Shown here: positions 28,322-37,521 of the stretch, one piece after another | Numbering within the stretch: the stretch's first letter is position 1 | Layout: the number at the start of each line of letters is the position of its first letter | Assembly: GCA_965371725.1 (NCBI GenBank) | Contig: CBDUZO010000008.1 | Coordinates: forward strand, 3,636 to 67,635 | From: an uncultured Phycisphaerales bacterium | GTDB lineage: Bacteria > Planctomycetota > Phycisphaerae > UBA1845 | DNA: 64,000 bases | Reading direction: 5' to 3' | Notes under the pieces: model-generated | The model's input: only the letters and a program-made list of their open reading frames with translations | Database searches by the model: none | What the model was told of the DNA's origin: nothing | Program-made: the position numbers and the translations under genes

Positions 28322-29116
28322 ATGCCGGCGTTGACCCTAGAAGCTTGGGTCGATTCTCTGCAAGCGCGTGGAAGGTACACGTTCCTCCGTGCAGAAGCGA
28401 TCAGCGGTAGCGGCGTGTCGGCCGAGGCCGTCAAGAAAGCCCTCCAACGACTCGCTCGCCGGCGACGCGTGGTGAAGGTCAAGAGCTACTTCTACGTGAT
28501 CGTTCCGCTCGAGTATCTCCACGCCGGCGCTCCGCCCCCGTCCTGGTTCGTAGACGACCTGATGAAGGCGATGGAGCGACCCTACTACGTCGGATTGCTC
28601 AGTGCGGCCGGCATCCATGGAGCGTCCCACCAGCAGCCTCAGGAGTTTCAGGTTCTCACCGATCGGCCGATCAGACCCCTGCAGGTCGGCCGTGCGCGGA
28701 TTCGATTCTTCGTCAACAAGCGCGTTACGGACACCGTGGTGCAGAACGTGAAGACGCCGACGGGCGCGATGCGCGTGTCCACCCCGGAGTCGACGGCCGT
28801 GGACCTGGTGCGCTTCGCGAAAGCGGCCGGCCATCTGGATAACGTTGCGACCGTTCTGATGGATCTGGCTCCGCTGCTGGATCCGAAGCGATTGCTCAAG
28901 GTCGTGCGCGCGAGTGGGGACCTTCCCAACGCGCAGCGCCTGGGTTACGTACTCGAAAGGGTCCGAGGACGCCCGCAGGCGAAGGCCCTTCATGAATGGC
29001 TCGGGCGTCAGTCCCCGCACGCGGTTGCGCTGCGCCCAGGACGAAACGCTAACGGCGCGCTGGAGGACCGGCGGTGGCATGTGCGCGTCACTGAGCCGAT
29101 CGAGATCGAAACTTGA
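28322..29116 (+). CDS. abiEi: Type IV toxin-antitoxin AbiEi-family antitoxin / transcriptional regulator
   Basis: Starting at ATG 28322: MPALTLEAWVDSLQARGRYTFLRAEA... (N-terminal wHTH) and ...YYVGLLSAAGIHGASHQQPQEFQVLT... (C-terminal AbiEi_4-like). The stop overlaps the next gene's start (TTGA). Confidence 0.8.
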   Translation: MPALTLEAWVDSLQARGRYTFLRAEAISGSGVSAEAVKKALQRLARRRRVVKVKSYFYVIVPLEYLHAGAPPPSWFVDDLMKAMERPYYVGLLSAAGIHGASHQQPQEFQVLTDRPIRPLQVGRARIRFFVNKRVTDTVVQNVKTPTGAMRVSTPESTAVDLVRFAKAAGHLDNVATVLMDLAPLLDPKRLLKVVRASGDLPNAQRLGYVLERVRGRPQAKALHEWLGRQSPHAVALRPGRNANGALEDRRWHVRVTEPIEIET

Positions 29117-29949
29117 TTCCGCAAGCACACATTACCGCATGGCGCGCGACCGCACCCTGGGCCGATGACGCTCAGGTTGAACAGGATCTGGTGCTCTCGC
29201 GTGCGACCGTTGAGATATTCACCGACCCCGAATTGAGCGGTTCACTCGCCCTTCGGGGCGGCACGGCTCTGAACAAACTGTTCATCTATCCGCCCAGTCG
29301 ATACTCGGAGGATATCGACCTAGTTCAAGCAGAGCCTGGCGCCATAGGCGACGTGTTGAACGCTCTACGCCATCGACTGGATCCCTGGCTCGGGCGGCCC
29401 AAGCGGTCGAGCAGCGAAGCCAGTGTGACGCTGGTCTATCGTTTCGAATCGGAGGTGCCGCCGATCCGGCCGCTGCGCCTCAAGATCGAGATCAACACGC
29501 GCGAGCATTTCACGGTTCTGGACTACAAACATCCGCTGCTTGCGGTGGCCAACCCTTGGTTCACCGCCGAGACCAACGTCACGACGTATCAACTGGGCGA
29601 ACTGATGGGCACGAAACTGCGAGCCCTCTACCAGCGTCGCAAAGGGCGCGACCTCTTCGATCTGTGGCTGTGCCTGAGCCGTGGCTTGCTGGACCCCGAC
29701 CAGGTGGTGGCGTGCTTTTCCGCATACATGAAGCACGAGAAACGGACTATCTCGCGCGCCGAGTTTGAGCGTAACTTGTTCGAGAAGGAGACTGCGTCGG
29801 TATTCCTGGACGACATCAGACCGCTTCTGGCAACGGGAATCAGCTATGACGTCAAGGTGGCCGCGACGCTCGTGCGCGAGAGCCTCGTCAGTCGGTTGGC
29901 TGGAGAACCCTGGCGGGGAACGCCGTCTGCCGGTGACGCGGACATCTGA
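29113..29949 (+). CDS. abiEii: AbiEii/AbiGii-family nucleotidyltransferase toxin (DUF1814)
   Basis: TTG start. (M)IPQAHITAWRATAPWADDAQVEQDLVLSRATVEIF...LALRGGTALNKLF...RYSEDIDLV gives the GG.AL...S.DiDl NTase motif. Confidence 0.85.
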   Translation: MIPQAHITAWRATAPWADDAQVEQDLVLSRATVEIFTDPELSGSLALRGGTALNKLFIYPPSRYSEDIDLVQAEPGAIGDVLNALRHRLDPWLGRPKRSSSEASVTLVYRFESEVPPIRPLRLKIEINTREHFTVLDYKHPLLAVANPWFTAETNVTTYQLGELMGTKLRALYQRRKGRDLFDLWLCLSRGLLDPDQVVACFSAYMKHEKRTISRAEFERNLFEKETASVFLDDIRPLLATGISYDVKVAATLVRESLVSRLAGEPWRGTPSAGDADI

Positions 29950-30514
29950 TCATCCACCTGCCCATCACACACACGCCCAGCCAAGACCTCCGACCCAACG
30001 TTGAAGGGCTGTCTGCCACCGGGTGCCCCACTCCAACGATCCTGTGGCCCTTTGCTTGGAGGCCCAACGAAGTAGACCCCCGCACAACGTCACGCACCTG
30101 AACCCACCGGGCCAGTTCAGGCATGGTGGTCCCGCCATCTGCGGCCGACAGATGGAGACCATCCGCAAAGCGGCCCTGCCGTCATGATTCAGGAGGAGAC
30201 CCAACGAGTCGCGGATCTCGCAGAACAACTCTCCGAAACCCTCATGACCGCCGCGATCTGCGCCGATGAAATCCGTGCCGTTCTCCGGGCGGAACTCGAC
30301 GGCCGCGCTCCCGCCCATTGGGGGCAATCGCAGGATACGGAGCCTCGAAATCCTCCGCGCCAGCGCCTGCCTGTTTCTCGATATACGATATACGGCCAAC
30401 GCGGGTGCGGGATGGACGGGTTGTGAACACCGTGGTACGATCAGACAGTCTCTCGCGCGGTCAGGTTGACGCACCGTGACCGAGACACGCAGTCGTCGAT
30501 CTGGAGTACATACC

Positions 30515-31639
30515 ATGGCCAAGAAGGTACAGAAGAAGAGAGTCAAGAACCGGGCGGCGAAAGCCAAGAGTAAGCGCAAGGCGCGCGTTCGCTGGCCGTT
30601 TCCACGAGTCGCATTGGAGGAGGCGGTCAGAATTCCCGTGATCCTCAAGGAGAAGAACGGGGGAAACCCGTGGACTCCCGACGAAATCGCGTCGGCTTTG
30701 GGCGTGTCCAAAGCAACCAACAACTTCTTTTACATGGCTGCCGCGTCGCGGGACTTCGGCTTTACGGAAGGTGGTCGCGATAGCGACAAGATCAAGCTCT
30801 CGGAGTTCGGCCGTAATGTTGTCTATGCTCCGAGCCCAGATGACGAACGCAAGTTGAAGCAGAAGGCATTTCAGAGCATCGAGCTCTTCAGCAATGTTCT
30901 CGAATACTACAGTGGCAGCAGGTTGCCGGAGATGAAGTACCTGAGCAATACGCTCACTCGCGAATTCGATCTCGCGCCCGAAACTCATGAGGAGTTCTCA
31001 CGGCTATTCAAGCAGAACTGCGAGTACCTCGAGATTGGAGAGGGCATCAAGCGAGCAGCCGATGAGTCGGAATCGGGCACTCGCAGTGAAGGTAGCGCTC
31101 CGAGCGAACGTCGGGAAGTTGTCACCCTGGCTGAGCCGGAGAGCGAGACAGGGCTGAAGTGCTTTGTAATCATGCCATTTCGCGAGCGGGATCCTGAGAG
31201 GTCACCTGGCTTCTTCGATGAAGTGCTGCGAAACCTGATCGCCCCGGCCGGTCGGCAAGCCGGATTCACGGTCAGTACCGCCAATCGGCAAGGTAGTGAT
31301 GTCATCCAGTCGACCATCATCAACGACCTGTTAGATGCCGATTTGGTGGTCGCGGATCTAACGGAGCACAACCCCAATGTGCTCTTCGAGCTCGGCGTCC
31401 GAATGGCCCACGACAAGCCCGTAGCGCTGATTCGTGCGAAGGGTACCGGGCCAGTTTTCGACGTTGACAATATGCTTCGAGTCGTCGACTACGACGGGAA
31501 TCTCTGGCAGTCGACCGTCGAACGCGATGTTCCACGCCTTAAGGCCCACATTGAGGCCACATGGACGAATCGCCAAAGCGACAAGAGCTACATGAAGCTT
31601 CTACGACGGACTCCAGCGCGAAACGGTGAGCCCGACTGA
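30515..31639 (+). CDS. Uncharacterised protein A: basic tail, putative winged-helix-like domain, and a C-terminal nucleoside-2-deoxyribosyltransferase/TIR-like Rossmann domain
   Basis: ATG 30515 with a GGAG RBS 9 nt upstream. The N-terminus is MAKKVQKKRVKNRAAKAKSKRKAR. A mid region (EIASALGVSKATNNFFYMAAASRDFGFTEG...IKLSEFGRNVV) suggests wHTH. The C-terminal pattern KCFVIMPF...(about 55 aa)...LLDADLVVADLTEHNPNVLFELGVRMAHDKPVALI matches the NDT-like layout, including the conserved Glu. Confidence 0.7.
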   Translation: MAKKVQKKRVKNRAAKAKSKRKARVRWPFPRVALEEAVRIPVILKEKNGGNPWTPDEIASALGVSKATNNFFYMAAASRDFGFTEGGRDSDKIKLSEFGRNVVYAPSPDDERKLKQKAFQSIELFSNVLEYYSGSRLPEMKYLSNTLTREFDLAPETHEEFSRLFKQNCEYLEIGEGIKRAADESESGTRSEGSAPSERREVVTLAEPESETGLKCFVIMPFRERDPERSPGFFDEVLRNLIAPAGRQAGFTVSTANRQGSDVIQSTIINDLLDADLVVADLTEHNPNVLFELGVRMAHDKPVALIRAKGTGPVFDVDNMLRVVDYDGNLWQSTVERDVPRLKAHIEATWTNRQSDKSYMKLLRRTPARNGEPD

Positions 31640-32098
31640 ACCTGCGGCGGCGACCGAACTCAACGGATCGGAGGACGCCGCTCTGTACTCAGCGCTGGAA
31701 GCACTAGCCTCACGGTTTTCGGTCTGCCCTGCGCGGAACGTTCGCTGCCGGGACCCGGTGCTCCGGTGCCCTCCGCGCTATCGGCTCCTGGAGATTCGGC
31801 ATGTGGTTAGTCGCGGACGCCGGTCGCCTTGTCCGAGCCCCGGGCCCGCTGGCGTTGACACCGCTGTCCCGTCGCCGACAATTGACGCCGGTCGACCCGA
31901 GCGAGCTGAGCTTCCGTCAGTCGACACGCGTACGCCGTACGTAGCCGACTCCCCGGCGAAGACGGCGGCAAGACTGCCCAATACATGCTCCGCTGGGTGG
32001 CCAGAGCCGGTGGGACGCCGAGTGGCGGCAAGCGACCGTTCGCCTCTGCACTGGCACCACTAGTCGCGTCATCGGCGCAGCGCAACGAGGGCACAAGT

Positions 32099-33922
32099 AT
32101 GGCTGGTCGTAGGATCCTCCTCACCGGTACGTCTGGCTTGGGCATGACGCATGTTCTCAAGCAGCTCAAGCAGCACTCTGCGGAGCCTGTGCGTTGTTGT
32201 AAGGCCGAGAAGCACTTTCTGGAACATGTGCAGAAGACCGACCTCGTCGAGCTATGGGAGAAGCTCCCCGAAACAGAGAGGATGATCAGTGCGCTCGAAT
32301 TGCCCCAGCAGGTTCTGCTGAAGTGCTGGCGCGAGGCCTTCCTGGAGCTTGCCAAGGCGAACTATCCCGACCTGGACAACACCCAGAACACGGATACCGA
32401 AGGCGGTGACGCACATATCGCTCTTGCAGCACACATGTGTTTCTATCACCAGCAGTCTCGTGAGTTCGTGCCGCTAGTTGACGCCGACCTGCTCGCGAGG
32501 GAATTCAAACCGGACGTGATTGTCACGCTGATTGACGACGTCGAGCACATGTTCAAGCGTTTGCGCGAACCCGGCCAAATGTATGCGAATCACCATTACG
32601 AAGGGTTCGGGGGCGTTGTGCAGGCGTGCCGAGATCTTTCGCAGCTTGTCCACTGGCGTGCCTCGGAAACCGCGTTCGCCAAGAGCTTCGCCAGGCCCAT
32701 CGAAGAATGCGACCACTTTCTGCTCGCCGTGAAGCACCCTGTCAGCACTCTTGAAGCCCTACTCTTTGAGCCCGACCGGCCGCGAGCCTATCTGTCGCAT
32801 GCGATCAGCGAACCACGCCGCAAGCTCGGTGAAGGTGATTCTGCGTTATTCGATGCGTTCTGCGAGGAGCTTGAACAGGCCTCGGCGATTCTGCGGACGC
32901 GCGGAGTCCTTTTTGAACCAACTGCGATCGACGAGTTTCGATTCCGAAGTTTCACTTGTAAGGACTCACAAGGAGAGCCAGGCCCACGGATTTCGCTCCC
33001 AACTATGACCGATCGCTGGCCGCTACTTGCCAGAGGAGACGATCTTCTTTGGTCTCATGTCGCGGACGACAACCCGGTCGATCCAGAGGGACACTTCAAG
33101 GCCAAACAACTGGACGACTTCGAGGCGAGGAAGAGGACAATGGACAAGGCGGATTCTCGGCCCTTGCAGGGTTGGTGGAGTAGGAAGAAAGCCCGGGCGG
33201 AAATGGCCAAATTGGTCGAGGTCGAAAACGCGACACAGCTAGTGAGGTCCCTGGTTGGTGAAATAGGACGCTCCGTAACGAGTCGTGACCTGAAGCTGGT
33301 TGAGCAGGCGGACCACCTGATCGTTGTGCGTCCGCTCTTCAACGGCAATTCCTCCGGCGGGGTGGGTAAAGAAATCCGACAACACTGCCGGTTGCATGCC
33401 CGGGGGGACCGTGCCCGGAAAGGCATCTGGGTCTTCACGGCAAAGGACGACGAGAATAAGTGGCGATTAAACCAGGTGGCCAGCTGGCTGCACCGATTTC
33501 ACTTGCAGGACCCCGGCGTCTCAGTGGAGGATGTCCGTGAGGCGATCAGGCCGCTCGCTCAGATGGCCGTTATCGAGGCGAATGCCCCCGACGAGCTGAA
33601 GGCCAACCTTGACAAGCAGGTTGTCGATATGTTTGGGGAGCTGACCCGTCTGGTCTCTGATGAATGGAGCGTACAGCTCGTGCCGACGCCCAGAGGATCT
33701 GGCGACGATCCGTTGAAGGAGTCGATGGCTGTCGCAGCCACGGGCGCCCGCGCAGAGTTGACGGACAAGCTTCTGGAGACCATAACGCCGTCGTACCTCG
33801 CCCAATGGGAGTATTTTAAGAATAACCTTGACCACACGGTGCCCCTTACGATATATTGGGGGTTGCCCTGGCCCCGCCCACAAGACCTTGAGAGTTGCTT
33901 GGACGGCCTTGCAGTGAATTAA
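32099..33922 (+). CDS. Uncharacterised protein B: P-loop kinase-like domain with a substituted Walker A lysine, plus an NDT-like domain carrying a large insert
   Basis: ATG 32099 with a GAGGG RBS. RRILLTGTSGLGMTHVLKQL (GxxGxGMT instead of GKT/S); a Walker-B-like PDVIVTLIDDVEHMF. Then RAYLSHAISEPRR... and ...RDLKLVEQADHLIVVRPLFNGNSSGGVGKEIRQH, which resemble the two halves of an NDT-type fold with the Glu retained. Confidence 0.7.
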   Translation: MAGRRILLTGTSGLGMTHVLKQLKQHSAEPVRCCKAEKHFLEHVQKTDLVELWEKLPETERMISALELPQQVLLKCWREAFLELAKANYPDLDNTQNTDTEGGDAHIALAAHMCFYHQQSREFVPLVDADLLAREFKPDVIVTLIDDVEHMFKRLREPGQMYANHHYEGFGGVVQACRDLSQLVHWRASETAFAKSFARPIEECDHFLLAVKHPVSTLEALLFEPDRPRAYLSHAISEPRRKLGEGDSALFDAFCEELEQASAILRTRGVLFEPTAIDEFRFRSFTCKDSQGEPGPRISLPTMTDRWPLLARGDDLLWSHVADDNPVDPEGHFKAKQLDDFEARKRTMDKADSRPLQGWWSRKKARAEMAKLVEVENATQLVRSLVGEIGRSVTSRDLKLVEQADHLIVVRPLFNGNSSGGVGKEIRQHCRLHARGDRARKGIWVFTAKDDENKWRLNQVASWLHRFHLQDPGVSVEDVREAIRPLAQMAVIEANAPDELKANLDKQVVDMFGELTRLVSDEWSVQLVPTPRGSGDDPLKESMAVAATGARAELTDKLLETITPSYLAQWEYFKNNLDHTVPLTIYWGLPWPRPQDLESCLDGLAVN

Positions 33923-33939
33923 ACGCGTCGGAGAAGACG

Positions 33940-34167
33940 ATGAAAACGGTTCTGACCATTTACGGAGATTCGGGCAGACGGACGACCGAAGCGGCGAAGG
34001 CCCTGGCGGCAACCAGCATCCGGTTTCGAGTCTGCCTGACACATGACCACCCTGGAACGCCTGTTCTCAGCCTACCGTTTGGAGAGATCTGCGGCTTGGA
34101 CCGCATCCGCGCCTTCGCCGAACGGGCGGCGGCGCAGGGCGACGCGCCAACGCAGGTGCCTCGCTAG
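33940..34167 (+). CDS. Small (75 aa) protein C, possibly a glutaredoxin/thioredoxin-like fold lacking CxxC
   Basis: ATG 33940 lies 18 nt after the gene B stop and is preceded by GGAGAA. MKTVLTIYGDSGRRTTEAAKALAATSIRFRVCLTHDHPGTPVLSLPFGEICGLDRIRAFAE follows the beta-alpha-beta spacing of small glutaredoxins, but Ser-Gly-Arg-Arg replaces the CxxC. Confidence 0.4.
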   Translation: MKTVLTIYGDSGRRTTEAAKALAATSIRFRVCLTHDHPGTPVLSLPFGEICGLDRIRAFAERAAAQGDAPTQVPR

Positions 34168-34274
34168 CCGCTCGCCGAATCTGATGCTCTCCTAGCTTCA
34201 TAGACGCGTCCCGGACGCACCCTCTCCTACTGACGCATGTCAAGCCGGATCGGCAGAGCGAGATCCTTACGGCG

Positions 34275-34604
34275 ATGAAGAGCTACAAGGACTATAGCGT
34301 GGCCTTTGCCCGGAGTTTGATCCTCAAGACGCTGCCCGCGCAACGCGAAGTCCGGCGACGAAAACGCAATCCGTGGAACAAATCCGCCCAGCGCAAGAGC
34401 GATCTTCTCAAGAAGTTGGCGGAGGCCGAACAGAAGCACGATTTCTATTCCCGATTGTACAAGCAGTACACGATTGACTTGCTCCGCCTCGCCATCTACG
34501 CGCGTGCCCTGCTGACCAACCGGCAAGTCCGTGGATGCCTAGACCAGCGTCATCCGGAAATCGTGGCACGTTTCGAAGCGATCATCGCGGAAGCGAAGGG
34601 ATAG
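34275..34604 (+). CDS. Hypothetical basic helical protein (109 aa)
   Basis: ATG start and Lys/Arg-rich helical sequence. It ends 4 nt before the next gene. No motif recognised. Confidence 0.35.
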   Translation: MKSYKDYSVAFARSLILKTLPAQREVRRRKRNPWNKSAQRKSDLLKKLAEAEQKHDFYSRLYKQYTIDLLRLAIYARALLTNRQVRGCLDQRHPEIVARFEAIIAEAKG

Positions 34605-34608
34605 TGTC

Positions 34609-35217
34609 ATGGCCAAGTGGTCGCGCGAGCGGATCATCCGTGAAATCCTGCGTCGCGAGAACTCTGGTCGACCGCTCGATCTCGGCGGTGCCGACCGCGT
34701 CCCATCGTCACTCTATCAGGCCGCATCGCGCGTGTTTGGTTCATGGCGAAATGCAATAGTGGCCGCAGGCATCTCGCCGGAGAAAGCGAGGGTGCATGAC
34801 CCTTGGTCGCCCTCCAGAGTCTTGGCGGGCATCAAGTCTCTGGCTCGAAGAAAGCGACCTTTGCGGCCGACCGAGTTGAAACGCCGCTACCATCTGCTCC
34901 TTGCGGCGGCTCGGAGGCATTTCGGTTCGTGGCCAAAGGCGGTGGTTGCTGCCGGTGTTGATCCGGAAAGGCTGAAACGAGTAGCGCCTTGGACGAAGGA
35001 ACGGATCATCGAGGCCATTCTGACGCGTGCGCTGCATGGGAAACCGCTGAACAGTCACGCCGTGCGACCGAAATCCCTTGTGGAATCCGGTGCGAGAGTA
35101 TTCGGCTCATGGGCCTCGGCACTGGCAGCGGCAGGGATCGATCCGAAACAGCACGTGCGCCGGCTGCTTGGTGATCCTCTCTGCACAGCGGACGGCATGG
35201 CGGCGCGAGACGATTAG
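34609..35217 (+). CDS. Protein made of three homing-endonuclease-associated (HNH-repeat-like) repeats
   Basis: Three units of about 62 aa: W[ST]xERII..IL...G.PL...(x)...R.FGSW..A..AAGI[DS]P, beginning at WSRERIIREIL, WSPSRVLAGIK and WTKERIIEAIL. Confidence 0.6.
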   Translation: MAKWSRERIIREILRRENSGRPLDLGGADRVPSSLYQAASRVFGSWRNAIVAAGISPEKARVHDPWSPSRVLAGIKSLARRKRPLRPTELKRRYHLLLAAARRHFGSWPKAVVAAGVDPERLKRVAPWTKERIIEAILTRALHGKPLNSHAVRPKSLVESGARVFGSWASALAAAGIDPKQHVRRLLGDPLCTADGMAARDD

Positions 35218-35381
35218 CAGAATGCCCTTTGCCGCACAGGCGGTGTTTTTTTGTCGCGGAAGTATCAACGAATGGAGGCCTTGAGACCAAGAGGAGGGCA
35301 GTAAACGCAGCAGTAGCAAGCACTTACGCACGGCGGTCTCAAAGTCTCACCTTCTGTGGTCTGCCACCCACGAGCCAGAGC

Positions 35382-36299
35382 ATGCCCAAGAGACAAAGAG
35401 CAGCGGAGCTGCCCCGAGAAGTCATCCCAATCACGAAGTACTCGCAACTTGACCTGTACCTAGGCAAGTTCGCAGCGGGTGAGCTGGGGCTGGTGCTATT
35501 GCTTGGACGCCACGGAACTGGAAAGAGCGAGGGCGTCAGACGCGCGCTGAACATCTCGTCATCGGACGGATACACACCGACCGAAGGTGGACTGCAAGTA
35601 CTTTATGTCGAGGGGCACATGAGACCCTACGGCTTGTATTGTTCTCTTTGGGAGTACCGCGACCGCGTGGTCGTCCTGGACGACTTGGACAAGCTGTACG
35701 CTGATGCCGAATGTGTCCGGCTTCTGAAGCCGCTATGCAACACTGAGCGGTCTAAGCGAGTCACGTGGCTCAGCAACATGACGCTGCGTGGTAGCGACAT
35801 TCCTGCTTCCTTTGGGACGACCGGCCGCGTGATTCTCATTGCCAACGAGTGGCGCACGTTGAACCCGAACGTGCGCGCCTTAGAGGACCGGGCGATCATT
35901 CTGCATTTTGATCCACCGAATTCCGAAGTGCATCGGAGGGTGGGCGAGTGGTTCCAGGACCACGAGGTTTACCGGTTCATCGCCCGGATCTTGCCCTCCA
36001 TCAAGGTGCTCTCCATGCGGCACTACTGTAGTCGTCCTTCCGGCAGAATGTTCCCCTCCTTGATCTCACGCAAACCCACAAGAATCGCGCGCCGCGAAAT
36101 CCCTGTAGCGCGTGCCACCAAGGAAATGCCACCGTATCCAATCGAGTTGGCTTCCGTAGCGGCCCAGACACGGCGCGTATGTTCGTCCAGGCGAGAGGCA
36201 AGCACGCGGAACTTCACACGAATCGCAGCTTCTGTCGTCATGCCGAAAGAATCGGACTTCCGGCCTAAGTTGCATCACTTATTTGGTCGCGGGTCCTAA
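35382..36299 (+). CDS. AAA-type ATPase, with its 3' end apparently replaced by read-through into IS debris
   Basis: ATG 35382. Walker A LLLGRHGTGKSE, Walker B RVVVLDDLDKLY, then ...GRVILIANEW. From about 36020 the frame is antisense to the ISAzo13 fragment and becomes Arg/Ser-rich with no motifs. Confidence 0.55.
   Translation: MPKRQRAAELPREVIPITKYSQLDLYLGKFAAGELGLVLLLGRHGTGKSEGVRRALNISSSDGYTPTEGGLQVLYVEGHMRPYGLYCSLWEYRDRVVVLDDLDKLYADAECVRLLKPLCNTERSKRVTWLSNMTLRGSDIPASFGTTGRVILIANEWRTLNPNVRALEDRAIILHFDPPNSEVHRRVGEWFQDHEVYRFIARILPSIKVLSMRHYCSRPSGRMFPSLISRKPTRIARREIPVARATKEMPPYPIELASVAAQTRRVCSSRREASTRNFTRIAASVVMPKESDFRPKLHHLFGRGS
36023..36241 (-). mobile_element. N-terminal fragment (72 codons) of an ISAzo13-family transposase
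   Basis: MTTEAAIRVKFRVLASRLDEHTRRVWAATEANSIGYGGISLVARATGISRRAILVGLREIKEG closely follows the conserved ISAzo13 N-terminus (...AIR.KF..L...lDEr.rRlWAa.EA..iGyGGi..VArATGiSR.tI..G..El..g). There is no DDE domain downstream. Confidence 0.65.
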
Positions 36300-37521
36300 C
36301 GCTGGGCCGGGCGTCCTGGAGGTGGTTCTTGATAGCGAACAGAATCTGTGTTATGGCCCACTCTGGTGGCACCAGGTATCGGTGGGTCCGGTGTTCGATG
36401 TGTTGCTTGTGTGCCACGGTATTCACTGGGATTGCCTGCATCCATTCGGCCCGCTGGCTGAAATCTATAGTCGGTTCGAGCTTGACCGGGATGGTTTCTG
36501 GGATCCGAGTTGCGTCACGTCTCCGATAGACATTTGGTTGAGGCGATGTGGTGACGGGCAATGCGATGCAGAATGTGGTGAGAACCCGTGTACATGCCCG
36601 CAAGACTGTCCTGGATGCTGCAATGATGGCAACTGCCCTGACGATGCCAATCCGTGTACGGATGCTCACTGTGTTGACTTCTCTTGCATCCAATCGAACG
36701 TACCAGACGGGACTGTATGCGCGCACCCGAGTTCCCCCCCATGCGAGAGCTACGGGGCGGGGTGTTACGACGGCCACTGTGAGGGGGCCTGTCTAGAACC
36801 GTGTCCTGCGGAGGGCAGTTGTTACGGGGATTTCGAGTGCTGGCCCTGGCAGGTGTGTGATTTGTCTGCATGTATTCCCAGTTACTGTGAGTGCATCGGC
36901 GGGGGATGGGCCTGCACGTTAGATTGTGTGGGGCAATGCGTTGCTGGCTGCTCAGATGGCACTGTCGTGTTTGTGGAGCCTACGGACGGGTTTTACGACG
37001 CGCGACAACCCCATCCCGTAGACGACGCCTCCACGCTTCAGGGCGTTGCCAGTTTTGCCGTGCAGGCCCCCGCGAACGCCGACTTCGGCGACGGCGCCTG
37101 CTGGTCGCTCTGCGAAACCAACCATAACCCGACTGTACATCCCGGACTCGGACCGAATGCAATCGCTTCGGTTCTTGACAACGGTGGCGGAATGTACACG
37201 GTTACGCTGAGTCGCCCGATCACGCACGGCGAGGTAACGACGCTCACGTACACCAGCAAGAGTGGCTTGACGGTCGTGACGGGGACGTTCTATTTCCTGC
37301 CGGGTGATGCCGGCGCCGACGGCACAAGCGCTCCGGCGGACGTGCTGGCCGTGATCGACTCGCTCAACGGCGTGACGCTGCTTCCAGTTTCGCAAGTGGA
37401 TATGGACCGCGACGGAACGCCCGCTCAAGCGGACATCCTGCGTGTGATCGACCTGCTGAACGGCGCGGATGTGTTCGAGCCGTTTGTCAACGTGACGATC
37501 GACGGTACGGGTTGCCCATAG
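36283..37521 (+). pseudogene. 5'-truncated Cys-rich protein with two dockerin-type repeats
   Basis: The only start available is a TTG, there is no signal peptide, and there is no internal Met for more than 300 codons. Dense Cys repeats (CGDGQCDAECGENPCTCPQDCPGCCNDGNCPDD...). The C-terminus has GDAGADGTSAPADVLAVIDSLNG and VDMDRDGTPAQADILRVIDLLNG. It begins right at the IS fragment. Confidence 0.55.

Noticed and set aside
29965-30723. The 252-aa minus-strand ORF and the 80-aa plus-strand ORF (30184-30426) in the AbiE / gene A spacer
   Set aside because: Neither has a recognisable motif, the composition is Arg-rich, and the minus ORF overlaps the start of gene A. I noted a CGATATA-CGATATA tandem near 30376-30395, but it is too short to interpret.
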